Below the pieces are notes generated by a model. The model had not been told where the DNA came from and did not search any database. It saw nothing but the letters and a program-made list of their open reading frames with translations. 64,000 nucleotides of DNA from an uncultured Gemmatimonadales bacterium (GTDB lineage: Bacteria > Gemmatimonadota > Gemmatimonadetes > Longimicrobiales > RSA9). Of this stretch, positions 18,470 through 27,925 are shown one piece after another. Within the stretch, counting starts at the first letter, position 1. Each line of letters starts with the position of its first letter. Made by a program: the position numbers and the translations under genes. The stretch lies in assembly GCA_963708135.1 (NCBI GenBank), contig OY970192.1, positions 3,264,001-3,328,000 of the forward strand, in the 5' to 3' direction.

Positions 18470-19392
18470 TCGACACGAAGGGCCCGGAGGGAGCGGAGGG
18501 AACGGACCCCCCCGCGGCACCACCCTGTCCGGCAGCGGGCGCATCGGGATGCCACGCCCACACGGCGACGGACGAGGTCGGGACGCGGGACCTGCTGCGG
18601 TCGGGGCAGGGCAGCGGGGTCGCGGTGGCGCGCGGCGGGTCGCGGGGTGCACAGCCTGCCACTCGCCAACCTCCGGCGCGTGAGGGGCGGCTCGTGCACC
18701 CCAGGCCGGCCCAACTCGCCGCCCGCTTTCTCCGGCTTCATCGAGTGGCGGATCGGGACGGTTCTGCCTGCCCGATCCGACTCTCGTTTCCGCAGCCAGG
18801 ACGAGTGGCGGGTTGTGCAGGGATGAGGTCCCCCGCCCCGGTGCGGCCGATGGCCCGCGGCGCCCGGAGGGGTGCGCGGGCCGCCGAGCCGGAAGGTGAG
18901 CCGCACGGCGTCGGCCTGGATCGTGGAGGAAGAAGGTGGGCAGCCCGAACACACGCATACGCACCCGCGGTGCGACGCCTCAAGAGCCTCTGACGCCTCG
19001 GAGTCCTCCGGCACACCCGAGCCCTCTGACGCCTCGGAGTCCTCCGGCACGCCCGAGCCCTCTGACGCCTCGGAGTCCTCCGGCACGCCCGAGCCCTCTG
19101 GCTCCGCCGAGCCCTCGGACTTCCCCGCGCCCTCCGACGCCCGAGCCCTCCGACGCCCGAGCCCTCCGACGCCCGAGCCCTCCGACGCCCGAGTCCTCTG
19201 ACGCCTCGGAGCCTTCGACGCCCCCCGAGCCCCGGTCCCCAACCCCGAGCCCGCTACCGAGCCCGCGCCCCGCGTCCCCGAGCCCGCGCCCCCGAGCCCG
19301 CGCCCCGGGCGCGAGCCAGATCCCGATCCCGATCCCGATCCCGATCCCGATCCCGATCCCGATCCCGAGCCCCGATCCCGAGCCCCGAGCCC
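18470..19392. repeat. Composite intergenic repeat region
   Basis: 9-mer arm at 18470-18506; CCACTCG/CGAGTGG-type copies at 18645-18819; 36-bp unit x3 from 18987; 16-bp unit GAGCCCTCCGACGCCC x3 from 19143; (GATCCC)x8 at 19319-19366. Confidence 0.85.
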
Positions 19393-19438
19393 CGCGGCCC
19401 GGCTCCCGCGCCCATGGTAGCGGAGCGCCTCCGCTCTC

Positions 19439-21700
19439 TCACACCCCGAGGGGCACGCGGCAGGGGAGGCGCACGGTGAACGTGGAGCCGGCGCCGGGCT
19501 CGCTCACGACCGAGATGCTTCCCCCGAGCAGCCGGGCGAGGCGGGCGGCCACGCTGAGGCCGAGGCCAGTGCCCTCCTGGTGGCGGGTGCCGGGGTCCTC
19601 CACCTGCCAGAAGGGCTCGAAGATGCGGGCGAGGTGATTGCGGCGGATCCCGATTCCGGTGTCGCGGACCTCGAAGACGATGTCGTCGCCGGCATGGGAG
19701 GCCTCGAGGGAGACGGTGCCCTCGCGCGTGAACTTCACGGCGTTGTAGAGGAGGTTGAGCAGGATCTGGCGGACCTTGCCGGGATCGGTGCGGATCAGGC
19801 CGTCGCTCTGGGGGCCGTGGACGACGAAGCGCAGGCGCTTCTCCTCGGCGATCGGGCGCATGAGGCTGTCGATCTCGTCGAGGAGCACGCCCAGGTCGAC
19901 GTCCTCGGGAGCGATCTGCTCGCGGCCGGCCTCAGTGCGGGCGAAGGCGAGCACCTCGTCGATGAGGTGCAGCAGGTGGCGCGCGCTGAGGAGGATGCGC
20001 CGCAGCTGGCCCTGCTGCTTCTCGGTCACGGGGCCGGAGATGCCGGCGGTCAGGATGTCGGCATACCCCATGATGGCGGTGAGCGGCGTGCGCAGCTCGT
20101 GGCTCATGACGGCGAGGAAGTTGGCCTTGGCGCGGTCGGCCACGACGGCCTCCTCGTAGAGGCGGGCGTTGTCCACGGCCAGGGCGGCCCGGCCGGCCAG
20201 CGACTCGAGGCGCGTCCTCTCGACGGGGCCGTAGCGGCGCTCCGGATCGGTGCTGCCCGCGGTGATGGCGCCGAGCACGCGCTCGCGCGCGACGAGCGGG
20301 ATGATGGCGAGCGAGCGGAGCCCGATGTCGCGGAGCGCGGCGAGGTGGGCGTCGTCCTGCGCGAGGTCCTGGAGCACGGCGGCGTCCACCTCCGCCTGGA
20401 CCTCGGCCTTTCCGGTCGCGAGCACGCGGGCGATGGCGCCCCGGCCGCCGTGCTCGGGCACCCAGCGGCGGCGCAACTCGCGGTCGAGCGGCGCGCGCGC
20501 CGGGTCGGCGCTCGTCGCCTCCACGCGGCGCACCTCTCCCGTCTCCTCCAGGGCGTCGACCACGCACCAGTCGGCGAGGCGGGGAACGGCGAGCTCGGCC
20601 AGGGTTCGGAGCGTGCGGTCCACGTCGAGCGAGCCGGCCAGTCGGCGGCCGGCCTCCGCCAGGAAGCGGGACCAGTCCGCAGCATCCAGCGCATCGACAC
20701 GCGCGACGTGCGCCGCCTTGCGCTGCCGCTCGAGCTCGTCGACGGTGGCCTCGAGCTCCGCCGCGGCCTGCTCCAGCCGCTCCTGCTGCCGCATCCGTTC
20801 GCTCGCATCGCGGATGATGCCGGTGAACACCGGGACCCCGTCCTGCACGAAGCTGCCGAAGGAGATCTCGAGGGGGACGTGCGTACCGTCGCGGCGGAGT
20901 CCCGGCAGCTCGACACCGTCCCAGGGGATGTTGCGGCGGCCGGTCTCGATGTAGCGCCGGAACCCGCGCAGGTGGCGCTCGCGCATCTCGGGCGGCATGA
21001 GCATCGTGAGCGGCTGCCCGACCAGCTCTTCCGGGGGGTAGCCGAAGACCCGCCGCACGGCTGGGTTCACGGACAGGATGGTGCTCGAGGCGTCGATGGT
21101 GATGATGACATCCGTCGAGGTCTCGGCCAGCAGCCGGTAGCGCCGCTCGCTCGCGGCGAGCTCGTCCGCGGCGCGGCGGCGCTGGGTGAAGAGGCCGATC
21201 TGCGCCCCCACGGCGGCCATGGTCTCGAGCAGCTCAGGATCGGACTGGCGCGGCGCCTCGGTGTAGCACTCGAGCGCGCCCAGGAACTCGCCGCCGAGAG
21301 CGACCGGGAACGCGAAGCCGCTCGACAGTCCGGCGCGAGCCGCCGCGGCCGCGCGCGGGTAGTTCGGGTCGGCGGACAGGTCGGGGATCCAGGCGGGCTC
21401 TCCGGCGGCCCAGACGCGGCCGGGCAGGCCGACCCCGCGCTCGAAGGTGGACTCGCGCGTGAGGGCCTCGAACGCATCGAGCCGCGCCGCGTCCCCTCGC
21501 CGCCAGATGGAGCGCGCCACCAGCCGCGCCGGGGCTTCCTCGAGCGCCCAGTAGACGCCGACGGCCCAGCCGAGGCTCTCGGTGACCGCCTCGACCACGC
21601 CGTCCAGCATGGCCTGCACGCTTTCGGCCTCGATCAGCACCTGCGCGGCGGCGTTGTGCGCCGCCAGCCGTCGGATCGTTTCCTCTCGCTCCGAGCCCAT
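19439..21700 (-). CDS. Cytoplasmic sensor histidine kinase (GAF-PAS-GAF-HisKA-HATPase)
   Basis: GLPGRVW GAF domain; PAS domain (NPAVRRVFGY); [30 protein letters not shown]. The ORF-track upstream extension overlaps pepP and is rejected. Confidence 0.92.
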   Translation of the reverse strand: MGSEREETIRRLAAHNAAAQVLIEAESVQAMLDGVVEAVTESLGWAVGVYWALEEAPARLVARSIWRRGDAARLDAFEALTRESTFERGVGLPGRVWAAGEPAWIPDLSADPNYPRAAAAARAGLSSGFAFPVALGGEFLGALECYTEAPRQSDPELLETMAAVGAQIGLFTQRRRAADELAASERRYRLLAETSTDVIITIDASSTILSVNPAVRRVFGYPPEELVGQPLTMLMPPEMRERHLRGFRRYIETGRRNIPWDGVELPGLRRDGTHVPLEISFGSFVQDGVPVFTGIIRDASERMRQQERLEQAAAELEATVDELERQRKAAHVARVDALDAADWSRFLAEAGRRLAGSLDVDRTLRTLAELAVPRLADWCVVDALEETGEVRRVEATSADPARAPLDRELRRRWVPEHGGRGAIARVLATGKAEVQAEVDAAVLQDLAQDDAHLAALRDIGLRSLAIIPLVARERVLGAITAGSTDPERRYGPVERTRLESLAGRAALAVDNARLYEEAVVADRAKANFLAVMSHELRTPLTAIMGYADILTAGISGPVTEKQQGQLRRILLSARHLLHLIDEVLAFARTEAGREQIAPEDVDLGVLLDEIDSLMRPIAEEKRLRFVVHGPQSDGLIRTDPGKVRQILLNLLYNAVKFTREGTVSLEASHAGDDIVFEVRDTGIGIRRNHLARIFEPFWQVEDPGTRHQEGTGLGLSVAARLARLLGGSISVVSEPGAGSTFTVRLPCRVPLGV

Positions 21701-21801
21701 GCGAACCGTTACCCGGGATCCCCGCGCGCGGCTGAGCGGCGCGGGCTGAAAAGACGCGCAAGTCGTGTCAAGAACGCAAGGTACGTACCCGGGAGCCGGC
21801 G

Positions 21802-23130
21802 TCAGTCGGCGCCGCCGATCATGGCTTCGAGCGACTCGGGGTCCGCGGGCAGCGCGGCGCTGAGGAGCTCCGCGCCGGTGAGCGTCACGGCCAGGTCGTC
21901 CTCGATGCGGATGCCGGTGCCGCGCAGGTGCGCGGGCGCGGCCTCGGCGTCGGCGGGGATGTAGAGGCCGGGCTCGATGGTGAGGACCATCCCCGGGCGC
22001 AGCGGGACGGGCGCGCCGTCGCGGCTGTAGCCGCCCACGTCGTGGACCTCGAGGCCGAGCCAGTGGGACGTGCGGTGCGGGTACCACGCGCGGAGCGCCT
22101 GCGCCTCCTCGATCGCCTGGTCCACGGTGCCCTCGAGCAGGCCGGCGTCGATCATGCCGCCGACCAGCACCTCGAGCGCGGCGTGGTGCGCCTCCTCGAG
22201 GGTGGCGCCCGGGCGAATGGTGGCGATCGCGGCATCGCGGGCGGCGAGCACGGTCTCGTAGAGAGCGCGCTGGTCGGGGGTGAAGCCGCCGGAGACGGGG
22301 AAGGTGCGCGAGAGGTCGGCCGCGTAGAGGCCGTAGGCGGCGCCGCCGTCCACCAGCAGGAGCTCGCCCGCCTGCATGGCGCGGTCGTTGTCCACGTAGT
22401 GCAGATAGGCCGCGTTCTCGCCGGAGGCGACGATGGTCTGGAACGCGAAGCCGTCGGCGCCGCGGCCGCGGAACGCGGCCTCGAGGGCGGCCTCGACCTC
22501 GTATTCGCCGGCGCCCGGCCGGATCACGGCGGCGGCCTCGCGGAAGGAGGCGGCGCTGATGCGGGCGGCCTCGCGGATGAGCTCGAGCTCGTGGGCATCC
22601 TTGACCAGCCGCATCTCGTCGAGCACGGCGCCGGGATCGACGAGCGCCTCGGGGCCGGTGCCGGTGCGCTGGCGCGAGAGGCGGGCGCGCCTGAGCACGT
22701 CGCGCAGGATGTCGTCCACGTCGGGGCGGCCGCTCTCGAGGCGCGCGTAGAGGGTGTCCGCGCCCGCGACGAGCGAGCGCAGCCGGGCGTCCAGCTCGAC
22801 CACGGACCAGGTGGCATCGGCGCCGAAGCGCTCGGCCGCGCCCTCCACCCCGAGCCGGCGTCCGCTCCACCGCTCGCGCTCCGCGTCGCGCGGCCGCACG
22901 AACAGCGTGAACGGCTGCTCCGCCTCGGGCGCGAGCACGAGCACGGCCTCGGGCTCCGTGCACCCGGTCAGGTAGTACAGCTCGGGGGCGGGGCGGTAGC
23001 GCAGCTCGAGGTCGCGGCCCACGCGCAGCTCGGGCGCCGCGGCGATCACCATCGCGGCGCGCGGCCCCACGGCCTCCAGCGCGCGGGCGCGCCGCTCGGC
23101 GTGCGCGGACGGCGGGACGGCCCGGCTCAC
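21802..23130 (-). CDS. pepP: Xaa-Pro aminopeptidase (M24B)
   Basis: YYLTGCTEPEA, LHYVDN, VDGGA..YAADLSRTFP, HWLGLEVHD, TIEPGLY, GIRIEDD; GTG start overlaps the upstream TGA. Confidence 0.92.
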   Translation of the reverse strand: MSRAVPPSAHAERRARALEAVGPRAAMVIAAAPELRVGRDLELRYRPAPELYYLTGCTEPEAVLVLAPEAEQPFTLFVRPRDAERERWSGRRLGVEGAAERFGADATWSVVELDARLRSLVAGADTLYARLESGRPDVDDILRDVLRRARLSRQRTGTGPEALVDPGAVLDEMRLVKDAHELELIREAARISAASFREAAAVIRPGAGEYEVEAALEAAFRGRGADGFAFQTIVASGENAAYLHYVDNDRAMQAGELLLVDGGAAYGLYAADLSRTFPVSGGFTPDQRALYETVLAARDAAIATIRPGATLEEAHHAALEVLVGGMIDAGLLEGTVDQAIEEAQALRAWYPHRTSHWLGLEVHDVGGYSRDGAPVPLRPGMVLTIEPGLYIPADAEAAPAHLRGTGIRIEDDLAVTLTGAELLSAALPADPESLEAMIGGAD

Positions 23131-23858
23131 GACGCGCCTCCCGCGCCCGGCGTGACGAGCACGGTCCAGTGGAGCCGCTCGTCGAGGCCGAGCAGCGCCT
23201 GGTAGTCGCCGGGCGAGAGGATCAGCGACACGGACTCGAAGAGCTGCAGCGTCACGAACACCTGGTCTCCTTCCGCCGCGGGAACGAACTGGGATGGCAC
23301 CCGGATCTCCTCCGGTGGCAGGCCGTCGCCGCCGATGCGGATGCTGTGCGCCGGCCCGCGCAGCTCGAGCTGCCACGTCCGGACCGTGGGCTCCGGCGTG
23401 GACCCCGGGGGCGGCGGCGCGACGTGGAAGATCACGTCGCCGCCCGCGGGGGCGCGGATCGTGTCCGGATCCAGCTTCTGCACCGTGTACCAGCGCAGCG
23501 ACGGCGGCGAGGCCTCGACCTCCGCCACGGCGGGGCCGGTGAGCGTGACGACGGCCGGGATGCTGTCGGTCTCGAGCGTCGCGTTGTAGCTGCGCTCGCC
23601 GGAGCGGTACGTGGTGGTGGGCGCGACCGGCTGCCCGAGCACCATGATGGTGTCATCGGGCACGGCGCGAAACTCGTGCGCGGCGTCGAGCCCGGGCCGG
23701 AGATCCGCCTCGAGGCTGGCCTGGTGCGGCGAGAGCAGCCGGACCGTGGCCGTGAGCAGCGCGGCGCCCGGCTTCGGCAGCGACGGGTCGACGAAGGTCA
23801 CGCAGCCGGCCAGCCCGAGGAGCGACGCCAGCGCGAGCGGGGGGAGGCGTCGCCTCAC
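23127..23858 (-). CDS. Hypothetical lipoprotein
   Basis: VRRRLPPLALASLLGLAGC lipobox; GTGA overlaps with both neighbours. Confidence 0.75.
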   Translation of the reverse strand: MRRRLPPLALASLLGLAGCVTFVDPSLPKPGAALLTATVRLLSPHQASLEADLRPGLDAAHEFRAVPDDTIMVLGQPVAPTTTYRSGERSYNATLETDSIPAVVTLTGPAVAEVEASPPSLRWYTVQKLDPDTIRAPAGGDVIFHVAPPPPGSTPEPTVRTWQLELRGPAHSIRIGGDGLPPEEIRVPSQFVPAAEGDQVFVTLQLFESVSLILSPGDYQALLGLDERLHWTVLVTPGAGGAS

Positions 23859-24898
23859 GGATGCTTGGCCAGATAGTCCGCCTCGACCTCCCACGGGCGG
23901 GCATCGTGGCGGCTGAAGAGCGGCCCGAGCGCCTGCAGCAGCTGCTCCGAGAGGTTCACGTCCACGCGCCGGTCCAGCCAGGCGCCGCCCGGCACGCGCG
24001 GGAGCAGCCGGTCGAGGACCGGGTCGATCACCGTGAGGAAGACGGCATCGTGCTGCAGCACGTGCACCCGCTCGTGAGCCCTCGTGCGGGTGTCGAAGAC
24101 CGGCCCCCAGACGGGCACATCGCTGACCATCACCATGCCCGGTTCCGCGAGGCCGGCGGCGTCCACGTTCTTCCCCGCCTTGATCAGCTTGTCGCGCGCC
24201 AGGAAGACGGGCACGCCCGCGGAGAGCGAGCGGCCGGCGTCGAAGCGGAGCTCCGGGCGCGTGGCGCCGTAGAGGATCCACCCCGCGGCCACCGCATCCA
24301 GGTGCGCGCGCACCCGCCACGGCGAGGCCGGCTCGACGTAGAAGTTCACCGGGCCAACCGGCAGCATCACCTTCTCCAGCAGCCCACGCCCCTCGCCCGC
24401 GTTCCGCACCATGGAGGCGCCCGTGGCCGAGAGCTCCCGCCCCAACAGCCCCGCGCCGTCGAAGCGCTGGGCCGCAACGCGCTTGCCGCCGTAGATCACC
24501 GCGCCGCCGAGCACGCCGCGGGCGAAGCCATCGCGGAACGAGCCGCCCCGCAGCAGCTGGAGGAGGCCGCCCGCCGCACCGCCGACGAGCGCGTTCACCG
24601 CGAGGTCCGAGGCCTGCCCGACCCAGTACGCGGCGCCGGGCGGCACCGGCAGCGTATCGGGCACGAAGGTCTGGATCCCCTGCGCGGCCGCTCCGCCCGG
24701 GGCCAGCACGAGCGCGGGGGCGAAGAGTGCCGGGGCGAGGAGCACGGGCGCGAGAAGCGCGGGCGGGCACGGACGGGCGGAGCGGCACCAGGCCGCAAGC
24801 ACGATCGGCAGACGCACGCCGCCGGGCGGGCCGCGACGGCGCCGGGCGCGAGCGGGACGACCCGGTCCCGGCCGCCAACGCCGCCCGGCCTCGCTCAA
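23855..24898 (-). CDS. Hypothetical exported/membrane protein (start uncertain)
   Basis: Signal-like stretch ending AAAQ; HERVH motif and PWEVEA near the C-terminus suggest a possible zincin-like site; operonic overlaps. Confidence 0.7.
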   Translation of the reverse strand: MSEAGRRWRPGPGRPARARRRRGPPGGVRLPIVLAAWCRSARPCPPALLAPVLLAPALFAPALVLAPGGAAAQGIQTFVPDTLPVPPGAAYWVGQASDLAVNALVGGAAGGLLQLLRGGSFRDGFARGVLGGAVIYGGKRVAAQRFDGAGLLGRELSATGASMVRNAGEGRGLLEKVMLPVGPVNFYVEPASPWRVRAHLDAVAAGWILYGATRPELRFDAGRSLSAGVPVFLARDKLIKAGKNVDAAGLAEPGMVMVSDVPVWGPVFDTRTRAHERVHVLQHDAVFLTVIDPVLDRLLPRVPGGAWLDRRVDVNLSEQLLQALGPLFSRHDARPWEVEADYLAKHP

Positions 24899-25167
24899 TC
24901 CAGCGCCTCGCGCATGGCGGTGGTGACGTGCGGGGTGAGCTCCGCCCAGGTCGCGTCCGCCGACTTGGTCACGGTCACGAAGTCCTCGACCATGAAGATG
25001 GCGACCACGCCCTCCAGCGCGAAAAGCGCCGAGGCCAGCCGGTCGCCGGCGGCGGCGGCCGGCGTGGCGAACGAGCGCGGCCGGTTGCCCTCGACCAGCC
25101 GCCTGCTGGCGATGAACTTGGCGGCGTTCGGGTTGGGCGTCGCCTGGAATCGGATCTCCGTCGCCAT
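24895..25167 (-). CDS. NifU/Nfu N-terminal domain protein
   Basis: FQATPNPNAAKF...LFALEGVVAIF..DFVTVTK...W; GGAGAGG RBS. Confidence 0.85.
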   Translation of the reverse strand: MATEIRFQATPNPNAAKFIASRRLVEGNRPRSFATPAAAAGDRLASALFALEGVVAIFMVEDFVTVTKSADATWAELTPHVTTAMREALD

Positions 25168-25236
25168 TCCTCTCCTCCCGGGTGTCGCGGCAGCGGAGTG
25201 CCGCGGCAGGGCGTGCGTGACTACCGGCCGGTCATG

Positions 25237-26898
25237 TCAGGGGTGCACCGGCATGGGCGGCATGGCCGGGACCGGCTGCCGGCCGCGCAGCACCTTGCCG
25301 GGCCGTGCTCCCGTGAGCGAGCCGTCGCGCAGCACGCGCACGCCGTTCACCCACACATCGTCGATGCCGACGGAGAACCGGTGCGGGTCGGCGTAGGTCG
25401 CGCGGTCCTGCACGCGGGCGGGATCGAACACGGCGAGGTCGGCCGCGAGCCCCTCGGCGATCCGGCCGCGCTCCGGCCGGCCGAAGCGCCACGCCGGCAA
25501 AGACGTCATCTTGCGCACCGCCTCCTCCAGCGTGAGCACGTGCCGGTCCCGCACGTACTCGGCCAGCACGCGGGCGTGCGCGCCGTAGTTGCGGGGGTGC
25601 GGGTGGGCGTGGCCGAGCACGCCGATGGCGCCATCCGAGGAGACCATGGTCCACGGGTAGCGCATGATGCGCTCGAGGTCCGTCTCGTCGATCACGTGCC
25701 ATACGCCGCTCGCGCCGCCGTGCGTCTGGATCTCGATGGCCAGCGCCGCGGCGAAGTCGAGCGTCGGCGCCTGCCCGCGCTCCTTCGCGATGTCGGCGAA
25801 GGTGAGCCCGTTCCACGCCGGATGGTAGGGCACGCTGGCCATCTGGATGCGCGAGAGGTCGCCGCCGCCCCGCTCCTCGACGATCGTCGCCTTGATCGAG
25901 GCGACGATGCTGTCCTTCGCCGCCGGGCGCGCCAGGCGCGCCTTCAGCGAGTCCGGCCCCCCGGCCAGCGCCCACGACGGGAACAGCACGGCGGTCGAGG
26001 TCGACGTGGCGTCGTAGGGGTACTGGTCGAGGGTGATGTCCACCCCCGCGGCGCGCGCGGAGTCCACCAGCGCCAGCGTGTTCACGCTCTCGCCCCACTG
26101 CGGCTGCCCCATCAGCTTGTGGTGCGTGATCTGTCCCGGCAGCCCGCCCTCGCGCGCGATCCGGATCAGCTCCTTCACCGCCTCGATCGAGCCCGCGCCC
26201 TCGTCGCGCATGTGCGAGCTGTACATGCCGTGGTAGCGCGCGGCCACCTTCGCCAGCGCGATCACCTCGTCCGTCGTCGCGTACGTGGCCGGCACGTAGC
26301 GCAGCCCGCTCGACAGGCCGATCGCGCCCGCGCGCATCGCCGTGTCCACCATCGCCTCCATGCGCGCCAGCTCCGCGGCCGTGGGCGCCCGGTCCGCCGT
26401 CCCCATCACCCGCTCGCGGGCCGTGTTGTGCCCCGCGAAGAACGCCGCGTTCGGCCCGATCCCCTGCTTCTCCAGCCGCGCGAGAAACGGCGCGAACGGC
26501 CATGGCATGCCGCCGTCCGCCGCGTAGATCACCGTCGTCACGCCCTGCCGGATCTCGCTCTCCACCAGCGGCCGCCGGTCGATCTGCTCGATGTGCGCGT
26601 GCGCATCGAAGAAGCCGGGCGTCACCACCCGCCCGCGCGCGTCGACCACCTCCGCCGCCAGCGCAGGGTCCAGCGGCGTGCGCGAGACCCGCGCGATCCG
26701 GCCTCCCTCGAGCGCCACGTCGGCCGCATAGCCGGGAGCGCCGGTGCCGTCGATCACCGTGCCGCCCCGGATCAGCACGTCGTAGGCAGGCGACGCGGGC
26801 GCACGCCCGCTCCCCGCCCGCGCCGCCGCCGGGCGCTGTCCCGCCGCCGGCGACGCCGCCAGGAACGCCAGCGCCAGCAGCGCCCCCGCACACCTCAC
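25237..26898 (-). CDS. N-acyl-D-amino-acid deacylase (D-aminoacylase), exported
   Basis: YDVLIRGGTVIDGTG, PGFFDAHAH, SHMRDEG, DQYPY, SSDG, HPHPRNYG, ADLAVFDP. Confidence 0.9.
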   Translation of the reverse strand: MRCAGALLALAFLAASPAAGQRPAAARAGSGRAPASPAYDVLIRGGTVIDGTGAPGYAADVALEGGRIARVSRTPLDPALAAEVVDARGRVVTPGFFDAHAHIEQIDRRPLVESEIRQGVTTVIYAADGGMPWPFAPFLARLEKQGIGPNAAFFAGHNTARERVMGTADRAPTAAELARMEAMVDTAMRAGAIGLSSGLRYVPATYATTDEVIALAKVAARYHGMYSSHMRDEGAGSIEAVKELIRIAREGGLPGQITHHKLMGQPQWGESVNTLALVDSARAAGVDITLDQYPYDATSTSTAVLFPSWALAGGPDSLKARLARPAAKDSIVASIKATIVEERGGGDLSRIQMASVPYHPAWNGLTFADIAKERGQAPTLDFAAALAIEIQTHGGASGVWHVIDETDLERIMRYPWTMVSSDGAIGVLGHAHPHPRNYGAHARVLAEYVRDRHVLTLEEAVRKMTSLPAWRFGRPERGRIAEGLAADLAVFDPARVQDRATYADPHRFSVGIDDVWVNGVRVLRDGSLTGARPGKVLRGRQPVPAMPPMPVHP

Positions 26899-27131
26899 CA
26901 CTCGTCCGGCTCGTCCCATGGCTCCCCCCAGAAGCGGTCCTCTTCGTCCCGGATCTCCTCGAGGTCCAGCGGCTCGTCCACCTCCACCCGCCCCTGCTCC
27001 TCGATCTGCCGCAGCACGTCGTCGGTCACACCCGTACCCCGTCCGCGCCTCCGGCGCAGCAGGTCGCGCGTGAACACGAACCCCGCCGCCGCCGCCAGCG
27101 CCGCGAACAGTGCGAGGAAGATCGATCCCAA
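26895..27131 (-). CDS. Small single-TM protein with acidic C-terminus
   Basis: LGSIFLALFAALAAAAGFVF..., ending EPLDLEEIRDEEDRFWGEPWDEPDEW; TTG start inferred. Confidence 0.65.
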   Translation of the reverse strand: MGSIFLALFAALAAAAGFVFTRDLLRRRRGRGTGVTDDVLRQIEEQGRVEVDEPLDLEEIRDEEDRFWGEPWDEPDEW

Positions 27132-27396
27132 GTCAGGTCGGAGTTGCGAGGAATCCAGGGTCGTGAAGCTACGTCGGCCGGCACCGGAGTCAACCGGCCG
27201 CCTCACCGCCGCGGGTGCGGGAGGCGGCCTCGCTCAATGCGGGGGAAGGCGTCCGGCGCGGCGCGGCCGGCGGCGGACACGCGGAGCGGGCGGGCACGAC
27301 TGCGCGGCGAACGAATCCGAACCCGAACCCGGGCGCGAAGCCCCGGAATCCGAACCCGGTCGTTCCCCGTGCGCCCTGCTCCGCCACCGCGCCTCT

Positions 27397-27792
27397 CTAC
27401 GCGGCAACACGGCGGAACGGGCCCTCCTCAGCGGCGCGCTGGCAGTCCAGGCAGAGCCCGGCCCAGGGGATGATGTCCAGCCGGTCGAAGGCGATCGCCC
27501 GGCCGCAGTCGCGGCACACGCCGTACGCCTTCGGGTTCCGGTACAGCGTCCGCAGCGCCTCGTCGATCTGGTAGACCAGCCGCCCCTCCTTGCTCATCAG
27601 CACGAACTCCGTCTCCTGCTCGATCGTGTCCGTCCCCTCGTCCGCGGGATGGAACGGCGTCCGCGTCAGGTCGCCATCCTCGTCCCCCGACGCCGCCCGC
27701 GCCGACTCGTCCAGCCGCACCAACGCCTGCACCGCGCGCTCCCGCTCGCGCAGAAGCCGTCGCTCCAGGTGGTCCCTCTGCTTCCGGTTCAT
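27397..27792 (-). CDS. TraR/DksA C4-type zinc finger protein
   Basis: HPADEGTD coiled-coil tip; YGVCRDCG..I...RL.IIPW..LCLDC. Confidence 0.9.
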   Translation of the reverse strand: MNRKQRDHLERRLLRERERAVQALVRLDESARAASGDEDGDLTRTPFHPADEGTDTIEQETEFVLMSKEGRLVYQIDEALRTLYRNPKAYGVCRDCGRAIAFDRLDIIPWAGLCLDCQRAAEEGPFRRVAA

Positions 27793-27925
27793 GGGTCCCT
27801 CGCAGTCCTTCATTGATCGCGGTCTCCTGATCGCGCGCGCGGGCCCGTCCACGGGGCGTGCCGGGCGCGATCGACGGCGGATGGTAGTGGCAACAACCGT
27901 ACCGCCCAAAACATGTGTTTGAAGC

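Noticed and set aside
18404..19442. ORFs across the repeat island (e.g. 18433-19242, 18936-19637)
   Set aside because: They are low-complexity translations of DNA repeats in several frames, with no RBS or domain motifs.
21701..22963. 1174-aa version of the histidine kinase
   Set aside because: The upstream part is an Arg-rich off-frame reading of pepP; the real start is ATG 21700.
24727..27816. 1029-aa plus-strand ORF and similar long antisense ORFs (5216-8053, 14537-17311, 37023-39986, 43399-46173)
   Set aside because: They are antisense to well-supported genes, as expected from high-GC codon bias.
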